This document shows, one piece after another, positions 20,622 through 33,703 of a stretch of DNA of 64,000 nucleotides. The DNA is from Patescibacteria group bacterium (GTDB lineage Bacteria > Patescibacteriota > Patescibacteriia > Patescibacteriales > UBA12075). The translations under genes and the position numbers were made by a program. A model generated the notes under the pieces. The model was not told where the DNA came from, did no database searches, and saw nothing but the letters and a program-made list of their open reading frames with translations. The stretch is from positions 128,745-192,744 of the forward strand of contig JAHILH010000005.1 of the NCBI GenBank assembly GCA_018897195.1, written 5' to 3'. The stretch's first letter is position 1; every line of letters begins with the position of its first letter.

Positions 20622-22838
20622 ATGAATTTAGTTATCGTTGAGTCACCTACCAAGGCCAAAACTATTACCAAGTTTTTGGGCAAGGAATACAAAATTGAGT
20701 CCTCTTTTGGACATATTCGCGATTTACCTAAAAGCGTGATGGGTATTGATACTGAGAATAATTTTGAACCAACCTATATCATTCCAGAAGATAAGGAGAA
20801 AAATTTAAATAACCTAAAAAGACTCGCCAAGACGGCTGAGAACATCATACTAGCAACCGATGAAGACCGAGAGGGAGAAGCGATTGCTTGGCACTTGGCG
20901 GAGGCTTTGGAAATTCCCGAAGAAAAACGTAGCCGAATTGCCTTTCATGAAATTACCAAGACGGCGATCTTGGAAGCCTTGAAACATCCACGCAAGATTG
21001 ATATGGAAATGGTGAATGCCCAACAAGCACGCCGAATTTTGGATCGTTTAGTTGGTTATGAATTATCACCGTTTCTTTGGAAAAAAGTGGCTCGTGGTCT
21101 TTCTGCTGGTCGTGTCCAAAGTGTCGCTGTCCGTTTAGTAGTTGAAAGAGAAAGAGAAATTAAAGCTTTCAATATTGATGAATACTGGACAATTGATGCC
21201 TTATTAGAAAATGACAAGAAAGAACCGATTGAGGCACGTTTAAATAAAATTAATGGCAAAACCGCTGACAAATTAGAGATCAAGACCAAAGAAGATTCTG
21301 AAAAAGTTTTAGAAACTTTAGCTAAGGCAACTTACGAAATTTCCAATATCGAAAAAAAGAAAGCAATTAAAAATCAACCAAAACCTTTAACCACTTCCAC
21401 CTTGCAACAAGCGGCCAATCGCTCATTAGGATTCTCCGCGAAACAAACCATGATGTTGGCGCAGAAGCTTTACGAATTGGGTCATATCACCTACATGAGA
21501 ACTGACTCTTTGAATTTGTCGGAAAAGTTTTTAACCGAAGCACAAACATATTTAAAAACCAACGTTGGTGAACAATATGCCCTAGCACAACCAAGGGTAT
21601 TTAAAACAAAATCAAAGGGTGCGCAAGAAGCGCATGAGGCGATTCGTCCGACTGATCCGAATAATACCCCAGAATCATTAACACTAGAAGATAAACAACA
21701 AAGACTATATAGATTAATTTGGCAAAGAACTTTGGCGAGTCAAATGCCAGAAGCCATTTTTGATGCAACAACTATTGACGTCGTAGCCAAGGGCACGCCT
21801 TATGAATTCCGTGCCAGCGGACAGGTCATGCAATTTGATGGTTATTTGAAAATTTGGCCTGAAAAAAGCAAGGAATTAAATTTGCCAAATGTGTCCGCGC
21901 ACGAAATTTTAAAACTAAACGAATTAAAACCCGAACAACATTTTACCAAACCACCCGCTCGTTACTCTGATGCTGGCCTGGTCAAAAAAATGGAAGAATA
22001 CGGCATTGGTCGTCCTTCGACTTATGCGCCAACTATTGCTACTATTGAAGCGCGTAATTATGTAGCGCGTGATGAGAATAAAAAACTCGAACCTACTGAT
22101 ATTGCCTTTGTCGTAACTGACATGCTAGTAAATCATTTTCACACCGTCATCGACTATCGCTTTACCGCTCAGATGGAACACGATCTAGACCGCATCTCCG
22201 AGGGTAAAATTGAATGGCAACCGGTAATCAAAGATTTTTACAACCCCTTCCATAGGAATTTAGAGGAAAAATCAGAAAATTTGAACAAGGATGATATTTC
22301 TCCTGTCGAAGAGTCGGACGAAATTTGTGAAAAATGTAATTCCAAAATGATAGTCAAAACTGGACGCTACGGCCGTTTTTTGGCTTGCTCCAATTATCCA
22401 ACCTGTAAAAATATCAAAGGTATCGACAAAAAACCAGGCACGACCGCAAGTCCGGAAATGACTGAAAAAATGAAAGAGATGCAAGACAAATACAAAGACG
22501 AGAAATGTGAAAAATGCGGTGAACCGATGGCGGTCAAAACTGGTCGCTTCGGACCATTTCTAGCCTGCACTGGCTATCCAAAATGCAAGAACATCAAAAA
22601 CACCGGCGACAGCAATTCCGGCACCGGCGTCACCTGTCCGAAATGTAGCACTGGCGAAATCGTCGCCAAAAAAAGTGCCCGTGGCATCTTCTATGCTTGC
22701 AACAAATATCCTGATTGTAAAAATGCTTACTATGGCAAACCGACCGGCGAGAAATGTCCAGACTGTGAAGGCTTATTGATCGAATGGAAAGAAGGCGCGG
22801 TTAAGTGCTCGACTAAAGGATGTAAGTTTAAGAAATAA
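20622..22838 (+). CDS. topA: DNA topoisomerase I
   Basis: IVESPTKA, DEDREGE, SAGRVQS, ITYMRTD, C-terminal C4 Zn ribbons. Confidence 0.97.
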   Translation: MNLVIVESPTKAKTITKFLGKEYKIESSFGHIRDLPKSVMGIDTENNFEPTYIIPEDKEKNLNNLKRLAKTAENIILATDEDREGEAIAWHLAEALEIPEEKRSRIAFHEITKTAILEALKHPRKIDMEMVNAQQARRILDRLVGYELSPFLWKKVARGLSAGRVQSVAVRLVVEREREIKAFNIDEYWTIDALLENDKKEPIEARLNKINGKTADKLEIKTKEDSEKVLETLAKATYEISNIEKKKAIKNQPKPLTTSTLQQAANRSLGFSAKQTMMLAQKLYELGHITYMRTDSLNLSEKFLTEAQTYLKTNVGEQYALAQPRVFKTKSKGAQEAHEAIRPTDPNNTPESLTLEDKQQRLYRLIWQRTLASQMPEAIFDATTIDVVAKGTPYEFRASGQVMQFDGYLKIWPEKSKELNLPNVSAHEILKLNELKPEQHFTKPPARYSDAGLVKKMEEYGIGRPSTYAPTIATIEARNYVARDENKKLEPTDIAFVVTDMLVNHFHTVIDYRFTAQMEHDLDRISEGKIEWQPVIKDFYNPFHRNLEEKSENLNKDDISPVEESDEICEKCNSKMIVKTGRYGRFLACSNYPTCKNIKGIDKKPGTTASPEMTEKMKEMQDKYKDEKCEKCGEPMAVKTGRFGPFLACTGYPKCKNIKNTGDSNSGTGVTCPKCSTGEIVAKKSARGIFYACNKYPDCKNAYYGKPTGEKCPDCEGLLIEWKEGAVKCSTKGCKFKK

Positions 22839-22857
22839 AATTCATTAAAGCATAATA

Positions 22858-22885
22858 AAAAAGCGTTCACACTGTGAACGCTTTT
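22858..22885. terminator. Bidirectional intrinsic terminator
   Basis: AAAAGCGTTCAC-act-GTGAACGCTTTT between convergent genes. Confidence 0.7.
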
Positions 22886-22894
22886 ATGTTTTAT

Positions 22895-23250
22895 TCAAAA
22901 AACATCTGTTTCGCGTAGCCTTTGCTGCCACTTATCCAAGTCCAGACTTTCTCTAGTTGAAAAAGAACCAACCTTTCTTTCGACCACCTTTTTCACAATT
23001 ACCTTGTGACCATCTGTGCTAACTTCCGGATTTACCGTGACTAATTCGTGCACGTTTTTACCATCATCTAAGGTTTTTTTAAATCCTTTTTGCGCAAACA
23101 CAGATCAACGGCCGGCATCATTACAAATCTTACGAAAACAATGAAACAGATTGTAATAATAAAAGGAACTTCTACTGCGGAAAAGATTGCCCTTAACCAA
23201 CTTAGAGCCAAACCCACAAAAGAACTAATAATATTCAATAGATCATCCAT
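22895..23250 (-). CDS. Small membrane protein split into two overlapping frames (23068-23250 and 22895-23101)
   Basis: SD GGAGG before 23250; hydrophobic N-terminal ORF overlaps a -1 frame ORF across A-rich runs. Confidence 0.45.
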
Positions 23251-23266
23251 ACGTCCTCCAATTGTT

Positions 23267-23620
23267 TTAAAAATCTTTATCCCCGTTTTTTTTCAGACCT
23301 CGTTTAAAAACAACACCTCTTCTTCTGTCTAATTCATTGTAATACTTCTTTCTCTCTTTTTCGTTTAAAAGAAATAGCAATTTTACATCAACAGATAAGG
23401 AATAATGATTCTCATTTTTTCCTGCATAATAACTATGCAGCCAAAACCTCAATTGGTATAATTTTTTAGTCAGCCATTTAATCATTAACTCTCCCCTTAT
23501 ATAAATGATTAGCAAAGCTAAGCCAACTATATAGATAAAAATTATCAATCCAGGTGTTGTTGATATAAAAATCAAAAGGTCATTTTTTATAGAAAGAACT
23601 AATTGTAATAATTTATCCAT
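23267..23620 (-). CDS. Hypothetical membrane protein
   Basis: AAGGAG SD, one TM segment, 117 aa. Confidence 0.6.
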   Translation of the reverse strand: MDKLLQLVLSIKNDLLIFISTTPGLIIFIYIVGLALLIIYIRGELMIKWLTKKLYQLRFWLHSYYAGKNENHYSLSVDVKLLFLLNEKERKKYYNELDRRRGVVFKRGLKKNGDKDF

Positions 23621-23723
23621 GACAAGCTCCTTATATTTAGCTTATTTTGATAAGATTACTGCATATAAGATAACAAAAAAAACAACATTAGTCAAAGCAA
23701 AAAATAAACCTAAAAAACCATGA

Positions 23724-24165
23724 TTGACAAAAACACTTTTTTCATCTAAGCTAATATTATGAAATATAATATTAACCAACTAAATAAAAATATTTGGAGC
23801 ACCGTCAATGGATTGCCCTATTTTTGCATGCCTGCAAAAACTTTTTATTTAGCTGTCTTTATGTAAAGAAAAACCAAATTGGTAATTTCAATTAACATAC
23901 TCTTGCAAAATAATCTCGGCTAAATAAAGTCGAGATTATTTTTTTAAATAAACAAATATGAATAAGATAAAAAACCACAAATTTACTATAATTATGCCGA
24001 CCTGTTTTTTGATAGTCTCTTTTGATGTTCCGCAAGAGGCTTACTTGTATCAAATGCTTTTATATAGTCGCAGCTATTTTATCAATATGAAAAATAATAG
24101 GTGAAAAATCACTTAACTATTTCTCGATAAAATAACTCCGGCTGGATAAAAGCCGGAGTTATTTT
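23724..24165 (+). promoter_or_regulatory. Promoter plus tandem uORF-terminator leader of the MFS gene
   Basis: TTGACA-17-TAAGCT; uORFs 23759-23866 and 23958-24104, each followed by a related hairpin with a U tract. Confidence 0.6.
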
Positions 24166-24199
24166 ATTAAACGCTAATTAACTTAACAAGGAGTAAAAA

Positions 24200-25384
24200 A
24201 TGGAAAATTCACAAACTGATCGTAACATTAAATTATTCAAAATCTTTAAAATGTTTAGCGGCCCTCTTTTTTGGGGACCAGTGCTAATCTCGTACATTGT
24301 CAATGTTGGGAAAATGAGCTTGGCAGACATATATACCATGGAAGCAATTGTCGTTACTGGTATGATTTTTATGGAAGTATATTCGAGTGGTTGGGCCGAT
24401 CTCTTGGGCCGAAAAAAAACGGTCATCCTTGGCTCTGCCCTGCAAGCCATAGCTCTTATTATCTTTACCATCGCTGCATCGCCAGCATCAATCTGGATTG
24501 CAAATATCTTAATCATGATTGGCGGCGCCATCATATCCGGAGCTGATGAGGCCTTCTTAGTTGACACCCTCAAAGACGCTGGTCGCTTTGACGAGTTAAC
24601 TAAAATTAACCGTGACATCGGCAACAAAGTCTTTGCCATGATCACTTTCAGCTCAGTCGCCGCTGGCTATCTCTATTCCATCAACCCACGCCTTCCGATG
24701 ATTCTTTCAATTCCTGGTGTACTGCTTGCTTTTGTTGTTACGTTCTTTTTTTATGAACCAAGGACAACGGAAAAATCTGGACATAGAGAACATTTCGATT
24801 TAATCAAAATGAGTGTACTCTTTGTTGCCAATAACAAAAAAGTAAAATGGATTATTGCTTACATCGCCCTGATTGCCGTGGCTTCAAAAATATGGTTTTT
24901 TTCCTATAATCCATATTTTGAACTAACCATGATCAGTCCTAAGTATTTTGGGTGGATATTTTTCTCCCTAAATTTTGTCGCCTGGCAGGCAAACAAACAT
25001 GCCCATGTCCTCGAAAATAAGTTTAGTGAGAGAACAATTATTACCATTCTCGTACTCCTGATATCAGTACCAATAATTCTCTTTGGTAACTTCGTCGCCC
25101 AAATATCAATTCTCTTTTTATTTGGCGACAGTATTGTTAGAGGGTTTAAAAGAGCTTTCTTTTCCCGGCTCATCAATGAGCACTTGGATTCCAAAAACCG
25201 AGCCACTGTGCTCTCAATCCAATCTGCCTCCGAATCAATTGTGGGCGCCATTGGCCTCTGGATTTTCGGCATCGGTTTAAAAATATTTTCATTACCAAGC
25301 GCCTTGCAAATACACGGCCTGGCAATGTTAATTATCGGCCTTCTAATAATTTCACAATATCGAAAAATTTTTCGGTCACAATAA
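24200..25384 (+). CDS. MFS transporter
   Basis: About 12 TM helices, motif A G.ADLLGRK, late RATVLS motif. Confidence 0.9.
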   Translation: MENSQTDRNIKLFKIFKMFSGPLFWGPVLISYIVNVGKMSLADIYTMEAIVVTGMIFMEVYSSGWADLLGRKKTVILGSALQAIALIIFTIAASPASIWIANILIMIGGAIISGADEAFLVDTLKDAGRFDELTKINRDIGNKVFAMITFSSVAAGYLYSINPRLPMILSIPGVLLAFVVTFFFYEPRTTEKSGHREHFDLIKMSVLFVANNKKVKWIIAYIALIAVASKIWFFSYNPYFELTMISPKYFGWIFFSLNFVAWQANKHAHVLENKFSERTIITILVLLISVPIILFGNFVAQISILFLFGDSIVRGFKRAFFSRLINEHLDSKNRATVLSIQSASESIVGAIGLWIFGIGLKIFSLPSALQIHGLAMLIIGLLIISQYRKIFRSQ

Positions 25385-25418
25385 AAAAAGAGGGTGAATA
25401 AATTTTCACCCTCTTTTT
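25385..25418. terminator. Bidirectional intrinsic terminator
   Basis: AAAAAGAGGGTGAA...TTCACCCTCTTTTT. Confidence 0.75.
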
Positions 25419-25468
25419 ATTTTAAAATCAAAAAAATAGCTCCAATTAATCGGAACTATTTTTCTATG

Positions 25469-25541
25469 TGCGCCCAACAGGATTTGAACCTGTGACCGTT
25501 TGCTTAAGAGGCAACTGCTCTACCAGCTGAGCTATGAGCGC
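25469..25541 (-). tRNA. tRNA-Lys(CTT)
   Basis: Cloverleaf, anticodon loop CT-CTT-AA, GGTTCAAATCC; CCA not encoded. Confidence 0.93.
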
Positions 25542-25577
25542 ATGTATATGACATAAAATTACTCTTATGTATTTGTG

Positions 25578-25651
25578 TGGCTGAGGAGAGACTTGAACTC
25601 TCGACCTTAGCGTTATGAGTGCTACGCTCTAACCAGCTGAGCTACCCAGCC
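25578..25651 (-). tRNA. tRNA-CAT (elongator Met, or Ile2)
   Basis: G1-C72 pair so not the initiator; loop CT-CAT-AA. Confidence 0.88.
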
Positions 25652-25669
25652 CTATATTTCTGCTCTATG

Positions 25670-25743
25670 TGCACCTGACAGGATTCGAACCTGTAACCTC
25701 TTGGTCCGAAGCCAAGCACTCTATCCAGTTGAGCTACAAGTGC
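25670..25743 (-). tRNA. tRNA-Arg(TCG)
   Basis: Stem CTTGG/CCAAG, loop CT-TCG-GA, GGTTCGAATCC. Confidence 0.92.
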
Positions 25744-25944
25744 AAAAAAGAATAATGCAAAAAACTCCTCAAAGGAGTTCTTTTAAATATTAGCATATTT
25801 AAAAAAATAATCAACCCCCAGAACAACAAATATTTAATTAGTGTTTTTGTTCAATATTAGCCACTTTTTATCCACGAGGCATTGACAAGCTATTTTATTT
25901 ATGTTGATATTTATAAATATTTTTTGAACAAAAAAACTTGTTTA

Positions 25945-26640
25945 TTACTTCTTTAAAACCAAATAATAATTATACTCATCCTTATACAACTTCTCAATCT
26001 TCAAGCCTGACTTTTTCACCAATCGCGTCAATTCCCATTTTGTAAACGCATGATAATATCTTTTCTTCGAAACATCCTCCGCTTCATTTTTCCAGTGAAA
26101 TAAAATATCACCGAAATCCATTTTGTTTTTACCAATTAATTTCAAAAAGAAATACTTCCAAATTAGCTTTTTATTTTTTTTATTTGCCCACAAATTCCAT
26201 GCTGAGATTATAATTCGCCCATCATCCTTAATCTTGTTTTTCATCTGACGCAAGGCGTTAATGCGTAACTCTTGATCTGGCAAGTGATGTAATACAGCAA
26301 TTGAATAAACAAAATCAAAATCTAATTCATTAATCTTACCCAAATCTAAAATATCAGCCACGGCAAATTCAGATTCAGGATACTGCTTCTGTGCCAAGGT
26401 AATTAAATTTTCACTTTGATCAATGCCTAGATACTTTATTTTCTTACCAGCAAACGCCTCTAACAGGCGTCCATTGCCACAACCAGCATCAAGCATCTTG
26501 TCACCGTCTTTTACGTCTCTGGTCAGATTTAACAACTCTGGCCAAATGCCTTTCTTGCGCGTCTCATCAAACTCCGCCGCAATACTTTCATAATTATCTT
26601 TAACGATGGTTAGCAATTCTTTTTGTGTATTTTTATCCAT
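25945..26640 (-). CDS. Class I SAM methyltransferase, Trm9/ALKBH8-like
   Basis: YESIAAEFDETR..WP, LDAGCGNGR, SIAVLHHL, IISAW, RYYHAF. Confidence 0.8.
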   Translation of the reverse strand: MDKNTQKELLTIVKDNYESIAAEFDETRKKGIWPELLNLTRDVKDGDKMLDAGCGNGRLLEAFAGKKIKYLGIDQSENLITLAQKQYPESEFAVADILDLGKINELDFDFVYSIAVLHHLPDQELRINALRQMKNKIKDDGRIIISAWNLWANKKNKKLIWKYFFLKLIGKNKMDFGDILFHWKNEAEDVSKKRYYHAFTKWELTRLVKKSGLKIEKLYKDEYNYYLVLKK

Positions 26641-26714
26641 ATATTTGTTTTAATTAAAGCATTATTATTTAAAAAAATAAAGACCCACTCATCCATGAGT
26701 AGGCCAAAAAATTT

Positions 26715-26909
26715 TTAGAGAGAAAGGACAGAGGGATATTCACCATTCCTCATATCACGCCACATCCGTCGATTTATCTTACCATTCCATAGACAAGTAG
26801 TGGTTTTAATCCGTACCACCAACCTTGTTAGTCTCCTTGGTGGGCATGGCCACAATAAATCGTAAACAAAAAGAACAAATCGAATCTTTCTACTTTCTAG
26901 AAGTTTCAT
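26715..26909 (-). CDS. Small hypothetical basic protein (64 aa) directly downstream of 5S rRNA
   Basis: GAGGAAGG SD-like sequence before the ATG; no recognisable motif. Confidence 0.35.
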   Translation of the reverse strand: MKLLESRKIRFVLFVYDLLWPCPPRRLTRLVVRIKTTTCLWNGKINRRMWRDMRNGEYPSVLSL

Positions 26910-26954
26910 ATTCCTTCCTCCTTTCGATTATTGAGTAATAAAAAAATCATTGTT

Positions 26955-27068
26955 CTGGCGGCGACCTACTTTCCCAGGGCTCAGGCCCAAGTATCATCAG
27001 CGCTGAGAGGCTTAACTTCTGAGTTCGGAATGGGATCAGGTGTGACCCTCTCGCTAGTGCCACCAAAA
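26955..27068 (-). rRNA. rrf: 5S rRNA
   Basis: CCTGATCCCATTCCGAACTCAGAAGTTAAG conserved core; flanking AAATCATTGTT/AACAATGATTT processing stem. Confidence 0.95.
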
Positions 27069-27144
27069 CAATGATTTCTTTATCAATGTGTAATATAATA
27101 TTATTCAAATAACGACCAGAAACTTACTTTAAACCCAAAATTGT

Positions 27145-30185
<3,041 letters not shown>

Positions 30186-30276
30186 ATTTTAAATTTAACT
30201 TTAAAATTGCAAATGCATCTCTGCATTATATTAATTTTTGGTTTCTCTAATTATTATGTTGAATAACATTATTCAG

Positions 30277-30288
30277 TTGTTAAAGTAC
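30277..30288 (-). promoter_or_regulatory. boxA-like antitermination site upstream of 23S
   Basis: GTACTTTAACAA versus rrn boxA consensus GCTCTTTAACAA. Confidence 0.6.
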
Positions 30289-30570
30289 TATCCCCGACAC
30301 TTCGTAACACTTGCAGGCATCCCTTCGCTTGGCAGCTCCAGAACAGCAAATTTCACAAATAGTATCATAGATACTAATCAGGAATTAAGGATTAAGGAAT
30401 TTATCAAATTTCTGAATTCTTAATGACTGATTTATCTTTTTTAGGAGCAAAAAAACCGCTTAAAGCGGTTCTAGACAAAACTCTAATAAGAGCTGACTGG
30501 TTAACCGCTTACATACTTAAGATTTACTATAAAATTTATCATAAAATATCTTTTATCAAATCTGAAATTT

Positions 30571-30598
30571 ATTATACAGTAATAAAAAAATCTGTCAA
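30571..30598 (-). promoter_or_regulatory. rRNA promoter
   Basis: Perfect TTGACA-16 bp-TATAAT pointing at the 23S gene. Confidence 0.8.
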
Positions 30599-30752
30599 GA
30601 ATAGGACATGACAGCCCATTATTGGCAATCATTAATAATATTTTAGCTTATATTAAATAAGAAAATAAAAAATACCGATAAATAATTTTATCGGTATTTT
30701 TGGCAAAAAATGAGATATTAACAATTTTTCAACTTTTAAAAAATTTTTATAA

Positions 30753-31805
30753 TTAAAATAGCTTAATCCTGTCCAATATTTCCGGATTATCCATATAACT
30801 TCTTGCCTCTTCCTTGCTAATCCGTTTTTCTACATAAAGTCGCTTAATATCTTGATCCAGGCTTACCATGCCTTCACGAGAGCTCGTTTCAATTACGGTG
30901 CGCATTTGGGTTACTTTGTTCTCACGGATGATATTAGAAATTGCCGGATTGTTAATCATTATTTCGCGAGCTGCTACGCGCCCTCCATCAATTTTTTGCA
31001 ACAACCTTTGTGAAACAACACCCACCAATGTCATTGACAACTGGGCCCTAATTTGATTTTGTTGATGAGGGGGGAATATGTCAATAATACGATCAACAGT
31101 TTGAGCTGCGTTGTAGGTATGCAGGGTTGCAAAAACCAAATGACCCGTTTCTGCCAAAGTGATTGCGGTCCCAATTGTTTCCAAGTCGCGCATTTCGCCC
31201 ACCATAATTACGTCCGGGTCTTGTCGCAAAGCATGACTAAGTCCTGAGCTAAAAGTTAACATATCGCGCCCTAACTGTCTTTGCATTATTAAAGACTTTT
31301 TCGCAAAAAATAAATATTCAATCGGATCTTCCAGGGTAATGATATTGCAAAATTTATTAAGATTAATATGATTCACCATCGAAGCCATAGTGGTTGACTT
31401 ACCACAACCAGTAGGACCAGTTACTAAAATAAGTCCCTGCTTAACATCTAATAAGCTGTACACCACTTTTGGCAAAGCCAAATCTTCCATGCTTGGAATA
31501 TTAGTACTAATAACCCTCGCGACCAAACCAACTCTATTTTTTTCAAAATGAAAATTTACTCTAAAGCGAAAATCGTCTTGGTCATAACTCACATCTAATT
31601 CTTTTTCCGCAATGAATTTCTTTTTTTCCTCTGGGGAAACTAGAGCATCCAACATATCATCCATCTCTTTTACTGTTATCTCTTTCAAACCTTCAATAAA
31701 TTTAAGCTCACCATTAATTCTGAGTGCGGGTGGCAAATTAACAAGAATGTGCAAATCCGAAGCCCCTTCATCACAGGCCTTTTTTAATAATTCTTTTATA
31801 GTCAT
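30753..31805 (-). CDS. pilT: Type IV pilus retraction ATPase
   Basis: ASDLH, GPTGCGKST, EDPIEY, LRQDPDVIMVGEMRD, AISNIIRE. Confidence 0.9.
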   Translation of the reverse strand: MTIKELLKKACDEGASDLHILVNLPPALRINGELKFIEGLKEITVKEMDDMLDALVSPEEKKKFIAEKELDVSYDQDDFRFRVNFHFEKNRVGLVARVISTNIPSMEDLALPKVVYSLLDVKQGLILVTGPTGCGKSTTMASMVNHINLNKFCNIITLEDPIEYLFFAKKSLIMQRQLGRDMLTFSSGLSHALRQDPDVIMVGEMRDLETIGTAITLAETGHLVFATLHTYNAAQTVDRIIDIFPPHQQNQIRAQLSMTLVGVVSQRLLQKIDGGRVAAREIMINNPAISNIIRENKVTQMRTVIETSSREGMVSLDQDIKRLYVEKRISKEEARSYMDNPEILDRIKLF

Positions 31806-31993
31806 ATGGTTTATTAATTTTGAATTTTAAATTTCTAATTTTGAATTAATTTTTCAATAATCTATTTTTTAATTATTAAGCACACCTTCATTCAAAATTC
31901 ATAATTTAGAATTTAATTATAAGTAATATCCACATTATAGCACAAAAAAACAGAACTGCCCAATAAGCAGTTCTGTTTATAATTATATAGACT

Positions 31994-32686
31994 TTACCAA
32001 CCCCTCGCCTTAATTCCCCTGGCTGCCGCATCTACTTGCGCTTCTTGTTTAGAAGAGCCAGTTCCTTTAGCTACCAATTCTTCACCCAAGTATAAACCGA
32101 CTTCAAAAATTTTCTCATGATCCGGTCCACTTTCTTTTAGCACTTTATAATGAGGTGTAACTTTTTCAAACTCTTGAGACTTTTCCTGGAATTTTGATTT
32201 TGGATCAAGGTGTAAGTCATTGGACAAAATATGTGCTAGCTTCGAAATGATATGACTATGAATGAATTTCGCTGCCGCCTCCGTGCCTTGGTCTAAGTAC
32301 ATCGCGCCGATTAAAGCCTCAACGGCATTCGCCAAAATATATTGACGCGCTTTTGAACCAGCGTCTTTCGCTTCGCCTTTTGATAAGTACAAATAATCAT
32401 CCAAGCCAACTTCAGATGCGATTAGAGCCAACATCTTGGAATTTACCAAACTTGCCCGCCAGTTTGTTAAATCACCCTCTGGTGTTTCTGTAAAAGATTT
32501 ATACAAATACTCCGTCACGATAATTTCCAAAACGGCATCACCAAGAAACTCCAAGCGCTCATTATGCGGGAGTTCAAATTTTGGATGTTCATTTAAATAA
32601 GACCGATGAACAACCGCTTGTTTTAATAAATCCTTATTTTTAAATTGAAGACCAACAATCTTTTCCAATGTGGAAAAATCTTTCAT
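31994..32686 (-). CDS. rnc: Ribonuclease III
   Basis: HRSY, NERLEFLGDAVL, EALIGA, C-terminal dsRBD. Confidence 0.97.
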   Translation of the reverse strand: MKDFSTLEKIVGLQFKNKDLLKQAVVHRSYLNEHPKFELPHNERLEFLGDAVLEIIVTEYLYKSFTETPEGDLTNWRASLVNSKMLALIASEVGLDDYLYLSKGEAKDAGSKARQYILANAVEALIGAMYLDQGTEAAAKFIHSHIISKLAHILSNDLHLDPKSKFQEKSQEFEKVTPHYKVLKESGPDHEKIFEVGLYLGEELVAKGTGSSKQEAQVDAAARGIKARGW

Positions 32687-32758
32687 ATTTTTTGATTGCT
32701 GTATTATTGCATTGTTACATCCATGATGAAACAATGAAATAATGAAACAATATTTAAA

Positions 32759-33238
32759 TTATTCTAATTCTATTCCTTCTTCGGATATTGTAATTGGAAC
32801 TTTGGCCTCTGCCTCTTCTTTAGAATGATCCATATCCTTATAAATCGCCCCCAGTACTCCATTTACGAACTTACCAGATGAATCTCCACCATAAGTCTTG
32901 GCAATTTCAATCGCCTCATTAATGGCTACCTTGGATGGAATCTCATCATTAACTTTTAACTCATAGACACCGATACGCAAAACATTTCTATCGACAAGAG
33001 TAATCTGGTCCAACGGCCATTCAGTCGCATATTTGGTAATATACTCATCAATCATCGCCACATTCTCAACAACACCCTTAACCAAACTCTTCACAAAGCC
33101 TTGATCATCAAAACTCGGTGCAAAATTCAAAAAAACATTATCCACGATTTCTGTTAAATCGTTTCTCTGTTTCTCCTCAAAATCCCAAAGGAACAATGTT
33201 TGCATGGCAAGCGTTCTTGCCAAATGTCTATTAGACAT
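32759..33238 (-). CDS. nusB: Transcription antitermination factor NusB
   Basis: [31 protein letters not shown]. Confidence 0.95.
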   Translation of the reverse strand: MSNRHLARTLAMQTLFLWDFEEKQRNDLTEIVDNVFLNFAPSFDDQGFVKSLVKGVVENVAMIDEYITKYATEWPLDQITLVDRNVLRIGVYELKVNDEIPSKVAINEAIEIAKTYGGDSSGKFVNGVLGAIYKDMDHSKEEAEAKVPITISEEGIELE

Positions 33239-33262
33239 AGTTTATTCTATTAAAATGAAATA

Positions 33263-33463
33263 TTATTTAGCTTCTTTCGCAGTCTTAACTTTGATAGTTA
33301 AAATTTCTTTACCCTTATAGTTTCCGCAAAAACTGCAAGCAGCGTGAGCCTCAACAGCCTTGCCACATTTTGAACATTTTGCTAAAACTAGCGCATCTAA
33401 TGCATGGTGTGATCGTCTGTTGCGAACATGACCCTTTGTTCTCTTTTTCTTTGGTACTGACAT
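33263..33463 (-). CDS. rpmF: 50S ribosomal protein L32
   Basis: MSVPKKK..RRSH, CSKC..H..CSFCG.YKG. Confidence 0.95.
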   Translation of the reverse strand: MSVPKKKRTKGHVRNRRSHHALDALVLAKCSKCGKAVEAHAACSFCGNYKGKEILTIKVKTAKEAK

Positions 33464-33703
33464 AGTATAACGATTATGAACTGCCTCCGCCGCAGCGGAT
33501 CGAATTCCGTAAATTAATAATTTTAGTATAACTTAAAAACCTAAAAAAAGTCAAGGACCTTCCAGCGACTTTTTTCTATAAATATATTTATATCATATTT
33601 TTGGATAATGTCAATAACCCTCAAAATATCCTCAAATTAATCAAAAAATAAAAACGGCTCAATAATGGAACCGTTTTTTTAAGGTTTTGGCCAAGGCTGA
33701 ATT

